Shown here: one piece after another, positions 28,301 to 35,452 of the stretch
Layout of the letters: every line of letters starts with the position of its first letter
Numbering within the stretch: position 1 is the stretch's first letter
DNA from: a virus
Strand: one strand, 5' to 3'
Virus genome (UHGV): UHGV-0092790
Length of the DNA: 39,723 bases
Notes under the pieces: model-generated
The model's input: the letters and a program-made list of their open reading frames with translations, nothing else
What the model was told of the DNA's origin: nothing
Databases searched by the model: none
Program-made: the position numbers and the translations under genes

Positions 28301-28540
28301 GTAGGTGCATTATCAAATGCCCTTTCACAAGCTAAGACGACCACACAGAAATTCCTTCCAGAGTCAGTAAATCCCCTCTATACCGAAAAAGAAGCTATGA
28401 AGGAGAGGGCTAGGCAGATAAGAAGGGAGAAGAAGAAGGCCAAGCAGGAAAACGGCGAAAGGTCAGCAACCTACAGAAAACTTTCACGGGAATTAAGGCA
28501 AATAAACAAACAGTTGAAGATAAGGGGCTGGGAAGACTAG
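22379..28540 (+). CDS. giant virion protein (about 2053 aa), a candidate internal core or ejection protein, or a tape-measure-like protein
   Basis: I placed the start at ATG 22379, 8 bp after the upstream stop; the track's 22313 overlaps the previous gene by 59 bp. It has N-proximal Gly/Ala-rich hydrophobic segments (GATAASGGNPAVGYATATAVGSMVYGSTVALEAY and LLGATVLLGGSLGAVGGY), long predicted coiled coils and a basic C-terminus. By synteny it corresponds to T7 gp16 and P22 gp16. Confidence 0.45.
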   Translation: MEELSEQPEDSILLDEIKKMNSGLASNKEQPEITEEDLEANPQAYSSEQIEGVLRNKRSIRTKLDDYLRMSSSLLPTTPREALDAVGTLREELQANGIDPEYERYREKIKRNEDIVYSVTRYINPTTGLFGDVPAQDVTNNKLEKILSAEQIRDFNNAPQFMRDKYVFNRIVENFFPEGEMDKGYALELLKKHYQTDSMHGVVSKYAQELQRNKDEEAAYNEASTRFFDSFIETGGDYQKAIDSLEGNLNLYAENIFNQEPALKYIYQRAYNSVSWIKDEYIESGELDWDKMADRLLKLGEGETFSLAIQMLPYMLPKDNRTWLVQAIDDTASDISGFTRLMLSGGGDNAKAERLALAIQQEYRMGRDYPTSWVGMFFKGAVEQVPKITAVTASTIGATAASGGNPAVGYATATAVGSMVYGSTVALEAYRTNSSKAGSVAYGLSVGALEGLLENAVIKMGALAAKGAKSVEVGSKLATTYNKLPGTVRAAGAGALSEYVQEVSADPIYIGLENLMRSAGFDLTQQNTLSNWWETLDLTQPELLGATVLLGGSLGAVGGYQANHLINRVGRSAEALTALGIPQTEATAIANMPDGKERTNRLTAALRDNKVSSDVQITHQQAGVFLNFLAKNAERFKDVELMPNITDNGDGTFNVIEKDPVSGAEKTTTVTDEIAGTFMSQALQSNPGFIRALNIFAQEEIESGVGKETKIKSYTPDELRAKIQSTEDNNATIARLRALAVINQDPELLQSFRDGKVSIEDVANELEIVSAYRDGTIAVARGEANPLNILEEIIHARAISDLESGVISRSVIETQVRNYLEFLGRSAEEIGDLSNDVVLQEHLANMGKALATTPELFSAMPGNVQTILEWQKDAIAEVGNVFAEGALIKEAIEQGIVSPDFVKWSKSLATMAERRDGQDMAELVNGATGESILPMGQSLPSVRRRGTIDVTPSVRTINEAISNIVNGASERSIGQLHKLQRSMIKLSERFSQGKLTERGQQKALLNSVLSIANAMASGSRKFISNQLAERLANPKSNEAFNADMKTALDATVAALNERAEAASRKQLERIIQDEINRRVEQADAKAKKDFNREMKFLRGLISKEIRKDIKEERAEAAAEKKLASKSIQSLRRLAENAFKDTKGRSRSLDAQAREETMDALEVMAMSPSEVATQLEVLDSTIDELQNQPATEELTLELENLENQKNLLEVFGSALYREKMPNGRYKYALNAQQLAEAVKTLKELQREGRLRRKKVNERIERFYNDFNAKINERVGGEKNRDALRKAVTERDQRGTGFLDRIFTQFMSLQQLLEVMSSMKSFKDIGTFLQNNVQFAEQQRGVEKEKATSNAIRIMRGMMEIAGQNSPRYFDELSTKTIPFMGHELTKYGLVKVYQTLREKDGLDVLRENLGDKGMDFGNYRKYQQELEGLNKSLDDGAITSEEFESKLEAVEEEYLARKEKDIAKLLELLGPDGLYLADELQNLYREKGEKLRAFMAENYGQTVILDDYYTPRNIAAYNTMQEGDMDAYSKGHVTRTGLPSYAKHRNTPSSAALSLEINPLGEYLRYSSIMEGWMTASELVNFNNRVWANPTTNAQLQKLLGPANFEAANKALYYFINEGRVYAQKSVLAEVMGKVFQVLAKTRIAFSLASLVRSGAALFNPIVGSNFSMMEIIKGVAEVTSGNYKGFTLEELRDLEAMKERKYRGWEDRVLADKALSIPLKKQAQWGYWQEAGMSGLMAFDWWSISFVNQLTSHMLANRGLSHEQIRWELNKNIYQTAQPLSTSAKAIHLIGGSSFEQAQFLFLSDVMNKFGLVMMQGKKDVPFWEAFQGAFRVYTIAALANGLFNGLATGLFGDKDKEDDFMSNFLLTSVLSPIVSVPMFGGFAEWCASLISGGKQFSLGRADMADLSKSIQGLVRSIVKTYETVSEKWDKEGALTTNDYIDMVSYVGKNIGSVASATTIFGTSGQSMTKALEMVGALSNALSQAKTTTQKFLPESVNPLYTEKEAMKERARQIRREKKKAKQENGERSATYRKLSRELRQINKQLKIRGWED

Positions 28541-28570
28541 CCCACACCCTCAACCTAACCAATACTAACA

Positions 28571-29359
28571 ATGGCAACAAAAAAAAAGGTAAAAGCAGTA
28601 GAGCCGGAAGTGGTTTCCTCTGTTGAGCCAGAGGTGGCGGTCACCCCTCGCTCCAACGGACAATCGACCAACGGCTTTGCTAAGGTAGAACAGGGGAAAT
28701 CCTATGTTCTATCCGTCAATGCCCCTTCTGGTTCGGGAGATGTCGAACTATTGGCGGCAGATAGTGATACACAAAACGGGCCTGACATGTTTCCTCTTCT
28801 TTACACAAAAGTGGAGAACTCTATGCAGATTCCCTTTGTGGCTGTTTCTTCTTGGGTATATGTGCAAGCGGGAAATAGTAGCATTAACTGGCTTGTAACA
28901 CCGGCAAATTTTAGTCTCGCCGTTTCCGGTGTGTCGTCCGGTGGCGGCGAAAGCTTTGACCCTACAGCTGACCAGAGCATCACAGGAGCTTGGACTTTCT
29001 CCAATATCTCCGTTCCTACCCCAACAGGAAATGGGAATGCTGTCAACAAAGGTTATGTAGATTCCAATTTTGTAACAACTTCTACCTCTCAAACAATTAC
29101 AGGCGGCAAGACTTTTGCTGATGGGGGGACGCTTGAAGTTCCTATTCCGACCTCACAAGGAATGGCCGCAAATAAACAATATGTTGATACGAGCGTTGTT
29201 GCTGGAATAGGCCAACTAGCTATCCGTTTTAGCTCTCTAACCAAGGCAGAATATGACGCTTTGGAAACGAAGAGCAATTCAACCATTTACTTTTTAACCG
29301 ACCAGAATGTGTGGGCTATCGGTGACAAGGAGATTGTCACGTCTGATATGCCTGCGTGA
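28571..29359 (+). CDS. putative tail fibre protein (262 aa)
   Basis: It contains two copies of the short tail-fibre repeat signature x-N-K-x-Y-V-D (AVNKGYVDSNF and AANKQYVDTSV). It is the last gene of the structural operon and is followed by a terminator. Confidence 0.5.
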   Translation: MATKKKVKAVEPEVVSSVEPEVAVTPRSNGQSTNGFAKVEQGKSYVLSVNAPSGSGDVELLAADSDTQNGPDMFPLLYTKVENSMQIPFVAVSSWVYVQAGNSSINWLVTPANFSLAVSGVSSGGGESFDPTADQSITGAWTFSNISVPTPTGNGNAVNKGYVDSNFVTTSTSQTITGGKTFADGGTLEVPIPTSQGMAANKQYVDTSVVAGIGQLAIRFSSLTKAEYDALETKSNSTIYFLTDQNVWAIGDKEIVTSDMPA

Positions 29360-29363
29360 TAGT

Positions 29364-29400
29364 CCCCTCCCCCGATTTCGGGGGGGGGCATAACTTTTTT
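29364..29400 (+). terminator. rho-independent terminator
   Basis: cccctcccccgatttcggggggggg is followed by cataactttttt. Confidence 0.7.
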
Positions 29401-29472
29401 ATAATCATAGCAATGTACTTATATAATACAACAATCTAATCAGCTGAATTAGCCACAGGCAGTGCTGTTACT

Positions 29473-29862
29473 GTGACACTCCCAGAAGATGCTCCAGAGG
29501 GCATGTATGAAATACGCTTCATTAGTGCAACACCAACAGGAACTGGTCTATCTGTGCAGCCGTCCGAGTTTCGTGTGAAAGTAACTTCCTCTAATCCTCC
29601 AGGAACGGGGCTTGCAAATACTGCGACGGCCCTCGGAAAAAGCAATCTCATTATTTATGAGGACGAAAACGGAAGTCTAAAGAAAGTTGTTCCCTCCATG
29701 GGAATGCTATATAAAATCCCTGCAAATTGTACTGTTGTGTCTGCTCAACAGTACATGTATCACGTTCAAGGAGGCTCTGATAAAGTTTCTTTTTCAATGC
29801 CTTCAATCGCAGAAGGGGTAACTCCCAATTCTGTGAATATTACATTTATTCAAATAGCCTAA
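29473..29862 (+). CDS. hypothetical protein (129 aa)
   Basis: An ORF. The start is uncertain. Confidence 0.4.
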   Translation: MTLPEDAPEGMYEIRFISATPTGTGLSVQPSEFRVKVTSSNPPGTGLANTATALGKSNLIIYEDENGSLKKVVPSMGMLYKIPANCTVVSAQQYMYHVQGGSDKVSFSMPSIAEGVTPNSVNITFIQIA

Positions 29863-29875
29863 TATAATTTTCGTT

Positions 29876-30253
29876 ATGATGGTGAAAATAGGTTTTGAAG
29901 ATGTTGGTAAATATGATAAAGCCACCTTTGTTTGTCTTCAACACAGCGATTGTCGAGACAAGACCCCAGAAGATTTGCCGGAGGATAAGCAAGAAGTATG
30001 GGAAAAATTCAAACAGGAACTTGCCTCATTAAAAGAGGATTGGATTGTCACAGAAGCTGTGCTTTTCCCGAGCGTTGATGACCCGACAGAAACGGTAGAA
30101 ATAAAAGTTTCTGCTAGACACGTCTCAATAGAACTTCCTGCGCCTCGCGTAGCTGTAAAAATTTTCACGTCACGCGAGATTCCTGCTCTAAAAAAGAAAG
30201 ACAAGGATTTGATGGAGTTCTTAAAATGGATAGCAGGAACAAAGTCAGAATAA
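29876..30253 (+). CDS. hypothetical protein (125 aa)
   Basis: An ORF followed by a terminator. Confidence 0.45.
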   Translation: MMVKIGFEDVGKYDKATFVCLQHSDCRDKTPEDLPEDKQEVWEKFKQELASLKEDWIVTEAVLFPSVDDPTETVEIKVSARHVSIELPAPRVAVKIFTSREIPALKKKDKDLMEFLKWIAGTKSE

Positions 30254-30279
30254 ATACTCGACATGAACAACACTTCATC

Positions 30280-30299
30280 GTTTTGCCTTGAATCCAAAA
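30280..30299. repeat. copy 1 of a perfect 20-bp direct repeat (gttttgccttgaatccaaaa). Copy 2 is at 31332-31351
   Basis: Read directly. The two copies are about 1052 bp apart and bracket the large non-coding island. Confidence 0.9.
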
Positions 30300-30336
30300 T
30301 AAGCCACTGTATATAGGTGTTTCAATGTCATAAAGA

Positions 30337-30371
30337 CAGGGCCTCCGTTAAAAGCGGGGGTCCTGTTTTTT
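30337..30371 (+). terminator. rho-independent terminator
   Basis: The stem cagggcctcc / gggggtcctg (two G-U pairs) is followed by tttttt. Confidence 0.65.
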
Positions 30372-30372
30372 A

Positions 30373-30566
30373 TGCGTGTTCGAGCAACTTGTAAGCTTTC
30401 CTTACAAGTTCGATGAACTGTAAAGAAAAACTTTACAGTTGACCAAGGGAACAGGATTTGGTCTAATGCTCTTGGAAGAATTCATTTCTTCTTTCGTTGT
30501 GCATATTCGAGCGGAGCAGCTTCGGGGTTTTTTCTCATGTTTTACCCGAAGCTGCTCTTCTTTTTT
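30373..30566 (+). ncRNA. candidate structured small RNA, about 190 nt, bounded by two intrinsic terminators
   Basis: It contains two perfect 8-bp hairpins (cttgtaag...cttacaag and ctgtaaag...ctttacag). It ends in a perfect 13-bp stem (gagcagcttcggg / cccgaagctgctc at 30513-30556) followed by ttcttttttg. No plus-strand ORF is present. Confidence 0.35.
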
Positions 30567-31331
30567 GTCTTGAAACAGGCCTGATGTAAAAAATATGTGT
30601 TGTATGACACAACTATAATTAACTAATAACCATATACTTATGTCACACAATGTTCCGTTTCGAGCGTTTTCGATGTCAAACTTTAGGCTTGATTTTTTGA
30701 GGGGTGTTTCGTTAAAATCTTGTTCAAGGAACAGGGCGGTTAAGTTGATTGTCTTCCTTTGGCCGCTCCAAGGCTCAATCTCCCTCGTGGTTAGCAACAA
30801 CCAAGTGTTTAGCAAATAACTTGGTTCTCTACAAGAAAAGAGTTCGGATATGGCAAGCATATCCTTCATGATTTTTCAAAAGTTTTGATTTACGCCTATC
30901 GGCTATGGAGCCAAACAAAGTTGTGGGCTTGGTTAGAGAAACAAAGGGATTAGAAAATAAATGGTTTTAAAACAGTTCTAATTTGGAACACGTTGGTTAG
31001 ATAAAGTATGTAAGAATAAACCATTTAATATTTAATTATCAGTTTTATTCCTTCGTTCGACTAACAGGTTGCATAGAGCGGCTAACAAGAGAGCCAAGTT
31101 CGAAGGTGTTAGCGAAACGATAACATAGACCACTTCGAAGTTATTAACTACCGTCTCCAACCACAAAGGACGTTACACCGTATATACGCGCGCGCGAATT
31201 TATAAGAGAGGAAAACAAAAACTTTTCTCTCTTCTGTATGACATTTTCAAAAAAAAAAAACATTGATTACTCTCTCGTTGCTTATTAGTATTGCTACATC
31301 GTTAGGAGCTACATGGTGTATTTCCTTCGAT

Positions 31332-31351
31332 GTTTTGCCTTGAATCCAAAA
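31332..31351. repeat. copy 2 of the perfect 20-bp direct repeat, 22 bp upstream of the ATG at 31374
   Basis: Read directly. Confidence 0.9.
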
Positions 31352-31373
31352 CAACCAATAACCAATAAATAGT

Positions 31374-31907
31374 ATGGAACGAAAAAAAATAAACGGAGAG
31401 GAATTTCCGAAAAGCCTGTTGAGAGGACTTATTGCCATGTTTGACGATAATCCTGTTAGGAGCGCCATGTTTATGGCTGATTTTGAAGAATTGTGTAAGG
31501 AAGGTATTGATTTAAATCCTGATTGCAACGTCTGGTATAGAGTCAGTCCTGACGTTATCGACTTAGTTGACGAATTGGATATTTCCGAAGAGGATAAAAC
31601 AACCATTAAGAAGAAAATCTCCAATCTTATCGGAGCGCCTGTTTTCCATGTTGGTGAAAACGCTAAGACTGATTCGCTTGTTGTGGCTGGTCTAGTCGAA
31701 GGCAAAATGATTGGCTTTGATAAAAAGTATTTCTATAAGATTAAATCCAAGCCTTACATGAAGAAGCTGAAAAAGGCGCTCTTCGTTTCCGCTTCTTGGG
31801 AAGAATTTATCAAACCTCTTATTTATACCATCAGAGGATTTGGGCTTGATAAGTGCGCTAGCTTCCCTAGTATTGAGGCGAAGCGTTCCGATGAAGAAGA
31901 AGATTAA
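31374..31907 (+). CDS. hypothetical protein (177 aa)
   Basis: The first ORF after the non-coding island. Confidence 0.45.
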   Translation: MERKKINGEEFPKSLLRGLIAMFDDNPVRSAMFMADFEELCKEGIDLNPDCNVWYRVSPDVIDLVDELDISEEDKTTIKKKISNLIGAPVFHVGENAKTDSLVVAGLVEGKMIGFDKKYFYKIKSKPYMKKLKKALFVSASWEEFIKPLIYTIRGFGLDKCASFPSIEAKRSDEEED

Positions 31908-32265
31908 CCTTGCAGTCTTGAATAACTTTTTAACGTTCCTGAACAATGTTCATGAGCTAACCGAGCGAGGTTGGGTTCATGAGGCAACAGGGACAATGTA
32001 TAAAAAGTGTTCAAAGCTTTTCGACACATTCAAAGAGTCCTATTCAGGCAATTCCCTAAGCCCAGATAAAGACATCGTTATGGAGGAGGTTTCCTTAACA
32101 GAGACGCCTAGTGATGACGAAGTTCTTGAGGTGCTTAGGGAAGAATGTGACGAGATTTGCGAATATCTTTACGAGGTAGCCGGACAAGAATCATTTTTAG
32201 TTTCACAAGTAGATGAAATTAAAACTGTTTTGAGTCAGCAACTATTTGTTGCTAGGAAGGTGTAG
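31891..32265 (+). CDS. hypothetical acidic protein (about 124 aa)
   Basis: I moved the start to the internal ATG at 31891 (the track's start is 31840), which leaves a 17-bp overlap with the upstream gene. Confidence 0.4.
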   Translation: MKKKINLAVLNNFLTFLNNVHELTERGWVHEATGTMYKKCSKLFDTFKESYSGNSLSPDKDIVMEEVSLTETPSDDEVLEVLREECDEICEYLYEVAGQESFLVSQVDEIKTVLSQQLFVARKV

Positions 32266-32388
32266 CAAAACCCTGCCATATGAGTTTATGAGCTAGGGTA
32301 AAAATCAATCCAAATCAAACAACTAATCATATAAAAGTAGGAAGTGTGGTATATACCGTAGGTCAACCTTCCCGGCCACCTCGTAAGA

Positions 32389-32436
32389 CCTCCGCACTAC
32401 GGGCGTAAAATGCGTTAGTAGTGCGGGGTTTTTGTT
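32389..32436 (+). terminator. rho-independent terminator
   Basis: A perfect 9-bp stem (ccgcactac / gtagtgcgg) followed by ggtttttgtttg. Confidence 0.6.
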
Positions 32437-32450
32437 TGTATAGGAAAACA

Positions 32451-32843
32451 ATGAATGTTATTTGTCCATGTATGAAGACAACTTACACGTTCGAAGCGCT
32501 AGTAGAGGCTGTTGCTGTTCAGGCTGGGTTAGATACTAGTGTTCCCGAAGCTCACACTAAGGCGTGTGAGCTTGCCACATGGATGCTTGACGAAGGATAT
32601 CCTTCTATCGTCCTGACTCATGCGGCAGAGTTTGCAGAGGAAAAGGGTGTTCCTGCCAAATGGATTGCCCTTGTCAGTGCCATCATTGGTGCTGTTATTG
32701 CCTTTTTCTGCACTACTGGTTGTGCCAACACATCGTTTACTTTGTCTGGTGAACAGGGCGGGCAGATTAGCTATAGCGTTGACGAAAACGGGAACCTCAT
32801 TATCTCCGGCAAGCCTCCTGTCGTCCAAAAACTCAAGAAGTGA
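32451..32843 (+). CDS. membrane protein (about 130 aa) with one hydrophobic helix (WIALVSAIIGAVIAFFCTTGCA). It may be lysis-associated
   Basis: I moved the start to the ATG at 32451, downstream of the terminator stem. A hydrophobic segment is followed by ...TTGC.... Confidence 0.4.
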   Translation: MNVICPCMKTTYTFEALVEAVAVQAGLDTSVPEAHTKACELATWMLDEGYPSIVLTHAAEFAEEKGVPAKWIALVSAIIGAVIAFFCTTGCANTSFTLSGEQGGQISYSVDENGNLIISGKPPVVQKLKK

Positions 32844-32848
32844 CGTTA

Positions 32849-33094
32849 ATGCCGACAACAAAAATTGCTTCTCTTCTTCAAGTTGTTAAGGATTATAAGG
32901 AGATTGTAATCCTGTTCGCTCCTTTGGTATGTTGCTTCTTTCTGTATCAGGACAACGTAAAAATGCGGCAGGACATGCTAAAGTTGCAACAAGACCAAGC
33001 TCATGCGACATTGAAGATTTCAGAAGCAATGGCTCAACAGGTAGAGCTTATTCGGCGCATTGATTATACTGTTACCTCTCTTCAAAACAAATGA
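32849..33094 (+). CDS. type-II membrane protein with a coiled-coil tail (about 81 aa), i-spanin-like
   Basis: An N-terminal transmembrane segment (IVILFAPLVCCFFLY) is followed by a Q/L-rich helix. Its start overlaps the stop of the upstream gene. Confidence 0.35.
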   Translation: MPTTKIASLLQVVKDYKEIVILFAPLVCCFFLYQDNVKMRQDMLKLQQDQAHATLKISEAMAQQVELIRRIDYTVTSLQNK

Positions 33095-33597
33095 ATGTCA
33101 TTATCGCTATCGACAAGCAAGATAAAGTTCTAACTAATATCGCATCAAACCTAGTAGAACTTCTGGATAAAGAGCTTCTAAATCCGTCTCTGGACATAGT
33201 TCCTCTCACAAGGGATGTGAACCTGTTTATGTCTAACAGGTGGGACAATATGAAGGTTGATTTTATCTTGCGGTTGCGGACATCATACGTCACTTCTAAT
33301 CGCAGTACCTATCAGAAAATCGTCTCTTCAAATACTCAAGGGCCTTTTGGTTTCAGGCTTCTTCATACGTCGCATTCGTTGTTGGAAAAAGAGGGGTGGG
33401 GACAATACGGATTCAACCCCTGCACAGAGTTTAAGGGCCTCCCCGGCTGGATTGATTTCATGGATATTGAGCTTGCCAATATGGGCGACCCCAAAGATAT
33501 TGCCGCTATCGGCGACGGAAAGGTTTTTGCTCAAAGCGCCGCTCAATGGATGAACAAGGCCGCAAACTGGTTACGGATTGGCAGGAAGAAAAAATAA
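33091..33597 (+). CDS. hypothetical protein (168 aa)
   Basis: An ORF that overlaps the upstream stop by 4 bp. Confidence 0.45.
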   Translation: MNVIIAIDKQDKVLTNIASNLVELLDKELLNPSLDIVPLTRDVNLFMSNRWDNMKVDFILRLRTSYVTSNRSTYQKIVSSNTQGPFGFRLLHTSHSLLEKEGWGQYGFNPCTEFKGLPGWIDFMDIELANMGDPKDIAAIGDGKVFAQSAAQWMNKAANWLRIGRKKK

Positions 33598-33600
33598 CTG

Positions 33601-33954
33601 TCAGCCAAAAAAGAAATCATCTATTTTCTCCAACTCCATTTTAGACAAGGGAGCCTGTTTGTGGTAAGCGGAAATCCCCGCCCGTCTTGTCCTTCGGGGG
33701 TTTATCAGGTTAAGAGGAATACATCTCTTGGTTTTAAAGTCTTTTCTGTATAGCTCTGCCCGGCGTTGAAAGTGTTTGCTGGCCGCTAAACAAAAGTCCA
33801 TAGCCTTGATTTTATTCCCCCTCAAAGTGTCCTTGATGAACATGTTAGGCGTATAATGGTATCTCTTGAGGAGCTTCCTTAGTCTCACTCCTTTAGCGTA
33901 ACCTCCGAGAACGTTATAAAACTGTTTATCGGTAAGCTTGTTTATGTATAGCAT
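33601..33954 (-). CDS. hypothetical basic protein (117 aa)
   Basis: The last gene of the minus-strand module. It converges on the preceding plus-strand gene. Confidence 0.4.
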   Translation of the reverse strand: MLYINKLTDKQFYNVLGGYAKGVRLRKLLKRYHYTPNMFIKDTLRGNKIKAMDFCLAASKHFQRRAELYRKDFKTKRCIPLNLINPRRTRRAGISAYHKQAPLSKMELEKIDDFFFG

Positions 33955-33959
33955 GCCTA

Positions 33960-34526
33960 TTATGCCAGCTGGAATTTTTTAGACGCCTCACGCTGGAACT
34001 CTGTGTAAGTTTCAGGATAGCATAAACAATGGCCTAAACGAGAGAGGACGTATGCATCCGCTTCGTTGTTGTTGGATGTATCTACATCCCAGCGTTTGTA
34101 AACATTGGTCATCACCAGCCCTTTCTCTGCAACACCTTTCCCTGTTGCGAATTTTTTCAGGGTAGTCGGAGGGTAAACCAGAATATTGGACAATCCTGCA
34201 TCAAACAGGTTTTGTTTCACAACGCCGCCAAGTTCTCCTAGGTGGACGATTTTCCCAAACTGCGAGAAGGCATAATTCTCTATACACACCAGAACTTCGC
34301 TAGCGGGCCTGTAGGCCAATATTTGTTCTGCTGCGAGCTTTATATGGTTAGCGAACTCGGAGAGCCGCCTAGGCCCCTTGTGGGGGCTTGTGAGGGTATA
34401 TCTGTAGCCGTCCAGCTTGATGTCTTGGTAAAGGACGGAAAGCCCTGTTGCTGTCAGGGATAAATCCAGCCCAACCCAACAACTGAAATCTCTAAAAACG
34501 TTGGCGATTACTTTGTCTTTTTCCAT
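33960..34526 (-). CDS. RuvC-like Holliday junction resolvase
   Basis: The protein reads WVGLDLSLTATGLSVL (first catalytic Asp), LVCIENYAF (catalytic Glu) and NNNEADAYVLSRLG (the C-terminal Asp/Asp-Ala motif). This is the RuvC-fold signature order. Confidence 0.7.
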   Translation of the reverse strand: MEKDKVIANVFRDFSCWVGLDLSLTATGLSVLYQDIKLDGYRYTLTSPHKGPRRLSEFANHIKLAAEQILAYRPASEVLVCIENYAFSQFGKIVHLGELGGVVKQNLFDAGLSNILVYPPTTLKKFATGKGVAEKGLVMTNVYKRWDVDTSNNNEADAYVLSRLGHCLCYPETYTEFQREASKKFQLA

Positions 34527-34768
34527 GATTTTTTCTCTGATAATGGGAATCTGAAATCGACAAGCTCAAATCGGGAGTCCTTTTGAGTCATCACTATCCC
34601 TCCATTGCGGCTTCTTTTCAGCACCACAACACCGAACACAGAGTTTTGTTCAAATTCTGTATCTGGATTTTTCTGAATTTCGCAAATTGCTTCCGCAGTT
34701 GTATGCAAAACCTCTGCTTCTGGCTCTTTTTTTCTAGGAGGTCGCCCCCTTTTAGTTGTCTTTTCCAT
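34508..34768 (-). CDS. small DNA-binding protein with an AT-hook (KRGRPPRKK)
   Basis: It carries a GRP AT-hook core motif. The ORF overlaps its neighbours by 17-19 bp. Confidence 0.4.
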   Translation of the reverse strand: MEKTTKRGRPPRKKEPEAEVLHTTAEAICEIQKNPDTEFEQNSVFGVVVLKRSRNGGIVMTQKDSRFELVDFRFPLSEKKSWKKTK

Positions 34769-35162
34769 ATTCTAGTTCTTGTTTTGCCAACCTATACGCC
34801 TCACGCCCGTCTAGTCCGGGTGTTCTCATTTGGATTCCTACTGCTTTTTCAAGGCGGTTGAGGACAATCTTACCTTTTTTGTCTATGATAGCAAGAGGGT
34901 CTTTGTAGCCGCTAACGATAAGTATTCTCATGCAAAGGATGATAACGTCTGCACATTCAAACGCCATTTCCTTCTTGTTTTTGGCCGAAAGAAGTTCTTC
35001 TACCTCTTCCTTGAGATGTTTTTTGAGCTGTGGGACAGTCTCTTTAACCCCTAAAAATTTACTGAAAACATTACATATTTGTTTGGCGATATTGTACACT
35101 CTAACCTTCCTTTCATATTGAAACAAATCCATGCTACGCATTATCTCCTTTCGTATTGCCAA
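34752..35162 (-). CDS. MazG-like nucleoside triphosphate pyrophosphohydrolase
   Basis: It has the EExxE ... ExxD signature (LKEEVEELLSAKNKKEMAFECADVIILCM) of all-alpha MazG/HisE-type NTP pyrophosphatases. Confidence 0.5.
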   Translation of the reverse strand: MAIRKEIMRSMDLFQYERKVRVYNIAKQICNVFSKFLGVKETVPQLKKHLKEEVEELLSAKNKKEMAFECADVIILCMRILIVSGYKDPLAIIDKKGKIVLNRLEKAVGIQMRTPGLDGREAYRLAKQELEYGKDN

Positions 35163-35452
35163 CTGGAAAGCTCTTCTTGGGTGATTGTTTTCGGATGATG
35201 TGTAACCTTGTTTAAGTTTTTATGCATAACTAAGGAAGAGACAAGAATATCGGTTGCGAATCTCCTGATTCTTAAAAGAGTTTCTTCCTCCGAGAAACAC
35301 GGGTCGAGTTGATAACCACACTTAGAACATTTAGAGATATATGCCTTCTTTCCAAAAGGATAGCCTTGTTTACCAAGGCCAGTAAACACGATATCCTTAA
35401 CAATGAAATACTCGTTATGACATATTGGACATTTTGGATTTTTTGCGCTCAT
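35141..35452 (-). CDS. zinc-ribbon protein (CPICH ... CSKCG)
   Basis: Two CxxC pairs are present. Confidence 0.4.
   Translation of the reverse strand: MSAKNPKCPICHNEYFIVKDIVFTGLGKQGYPFGKKAYISKCSKCGYQLDPCFSEEETLLRIRRFATDILVSSLVMHKNLNKVTHHPKTITQEELSSWQYERR

Noticed and set aside
22379-28540. The possibility that the giant protein is a crAss-like virion RNA polymerase or carries a lytic transglycosylase domain.
   Set aside because: I found no DxDGD-type catalytic motif (only DNGDG) and no E-S ... GLMQ transglycosylase signature. GLMAF alone is insufficient.
30402-30869. A 155-aa minus-strand ORF inside the non-coding island.
   Set aside because: It runs through both plus-strand terminator hairpins and has no start context. 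It looks like a chance ORF in AT-rich DNA.
30254-31373. tRNA genes in the non-coding island, with an equivalent scan of 4066-4849.
   Set aside because: ttcgaa-like strings are present, but none has flanking T-arm complementarity or a cloverleaf that I could assemble by eye.
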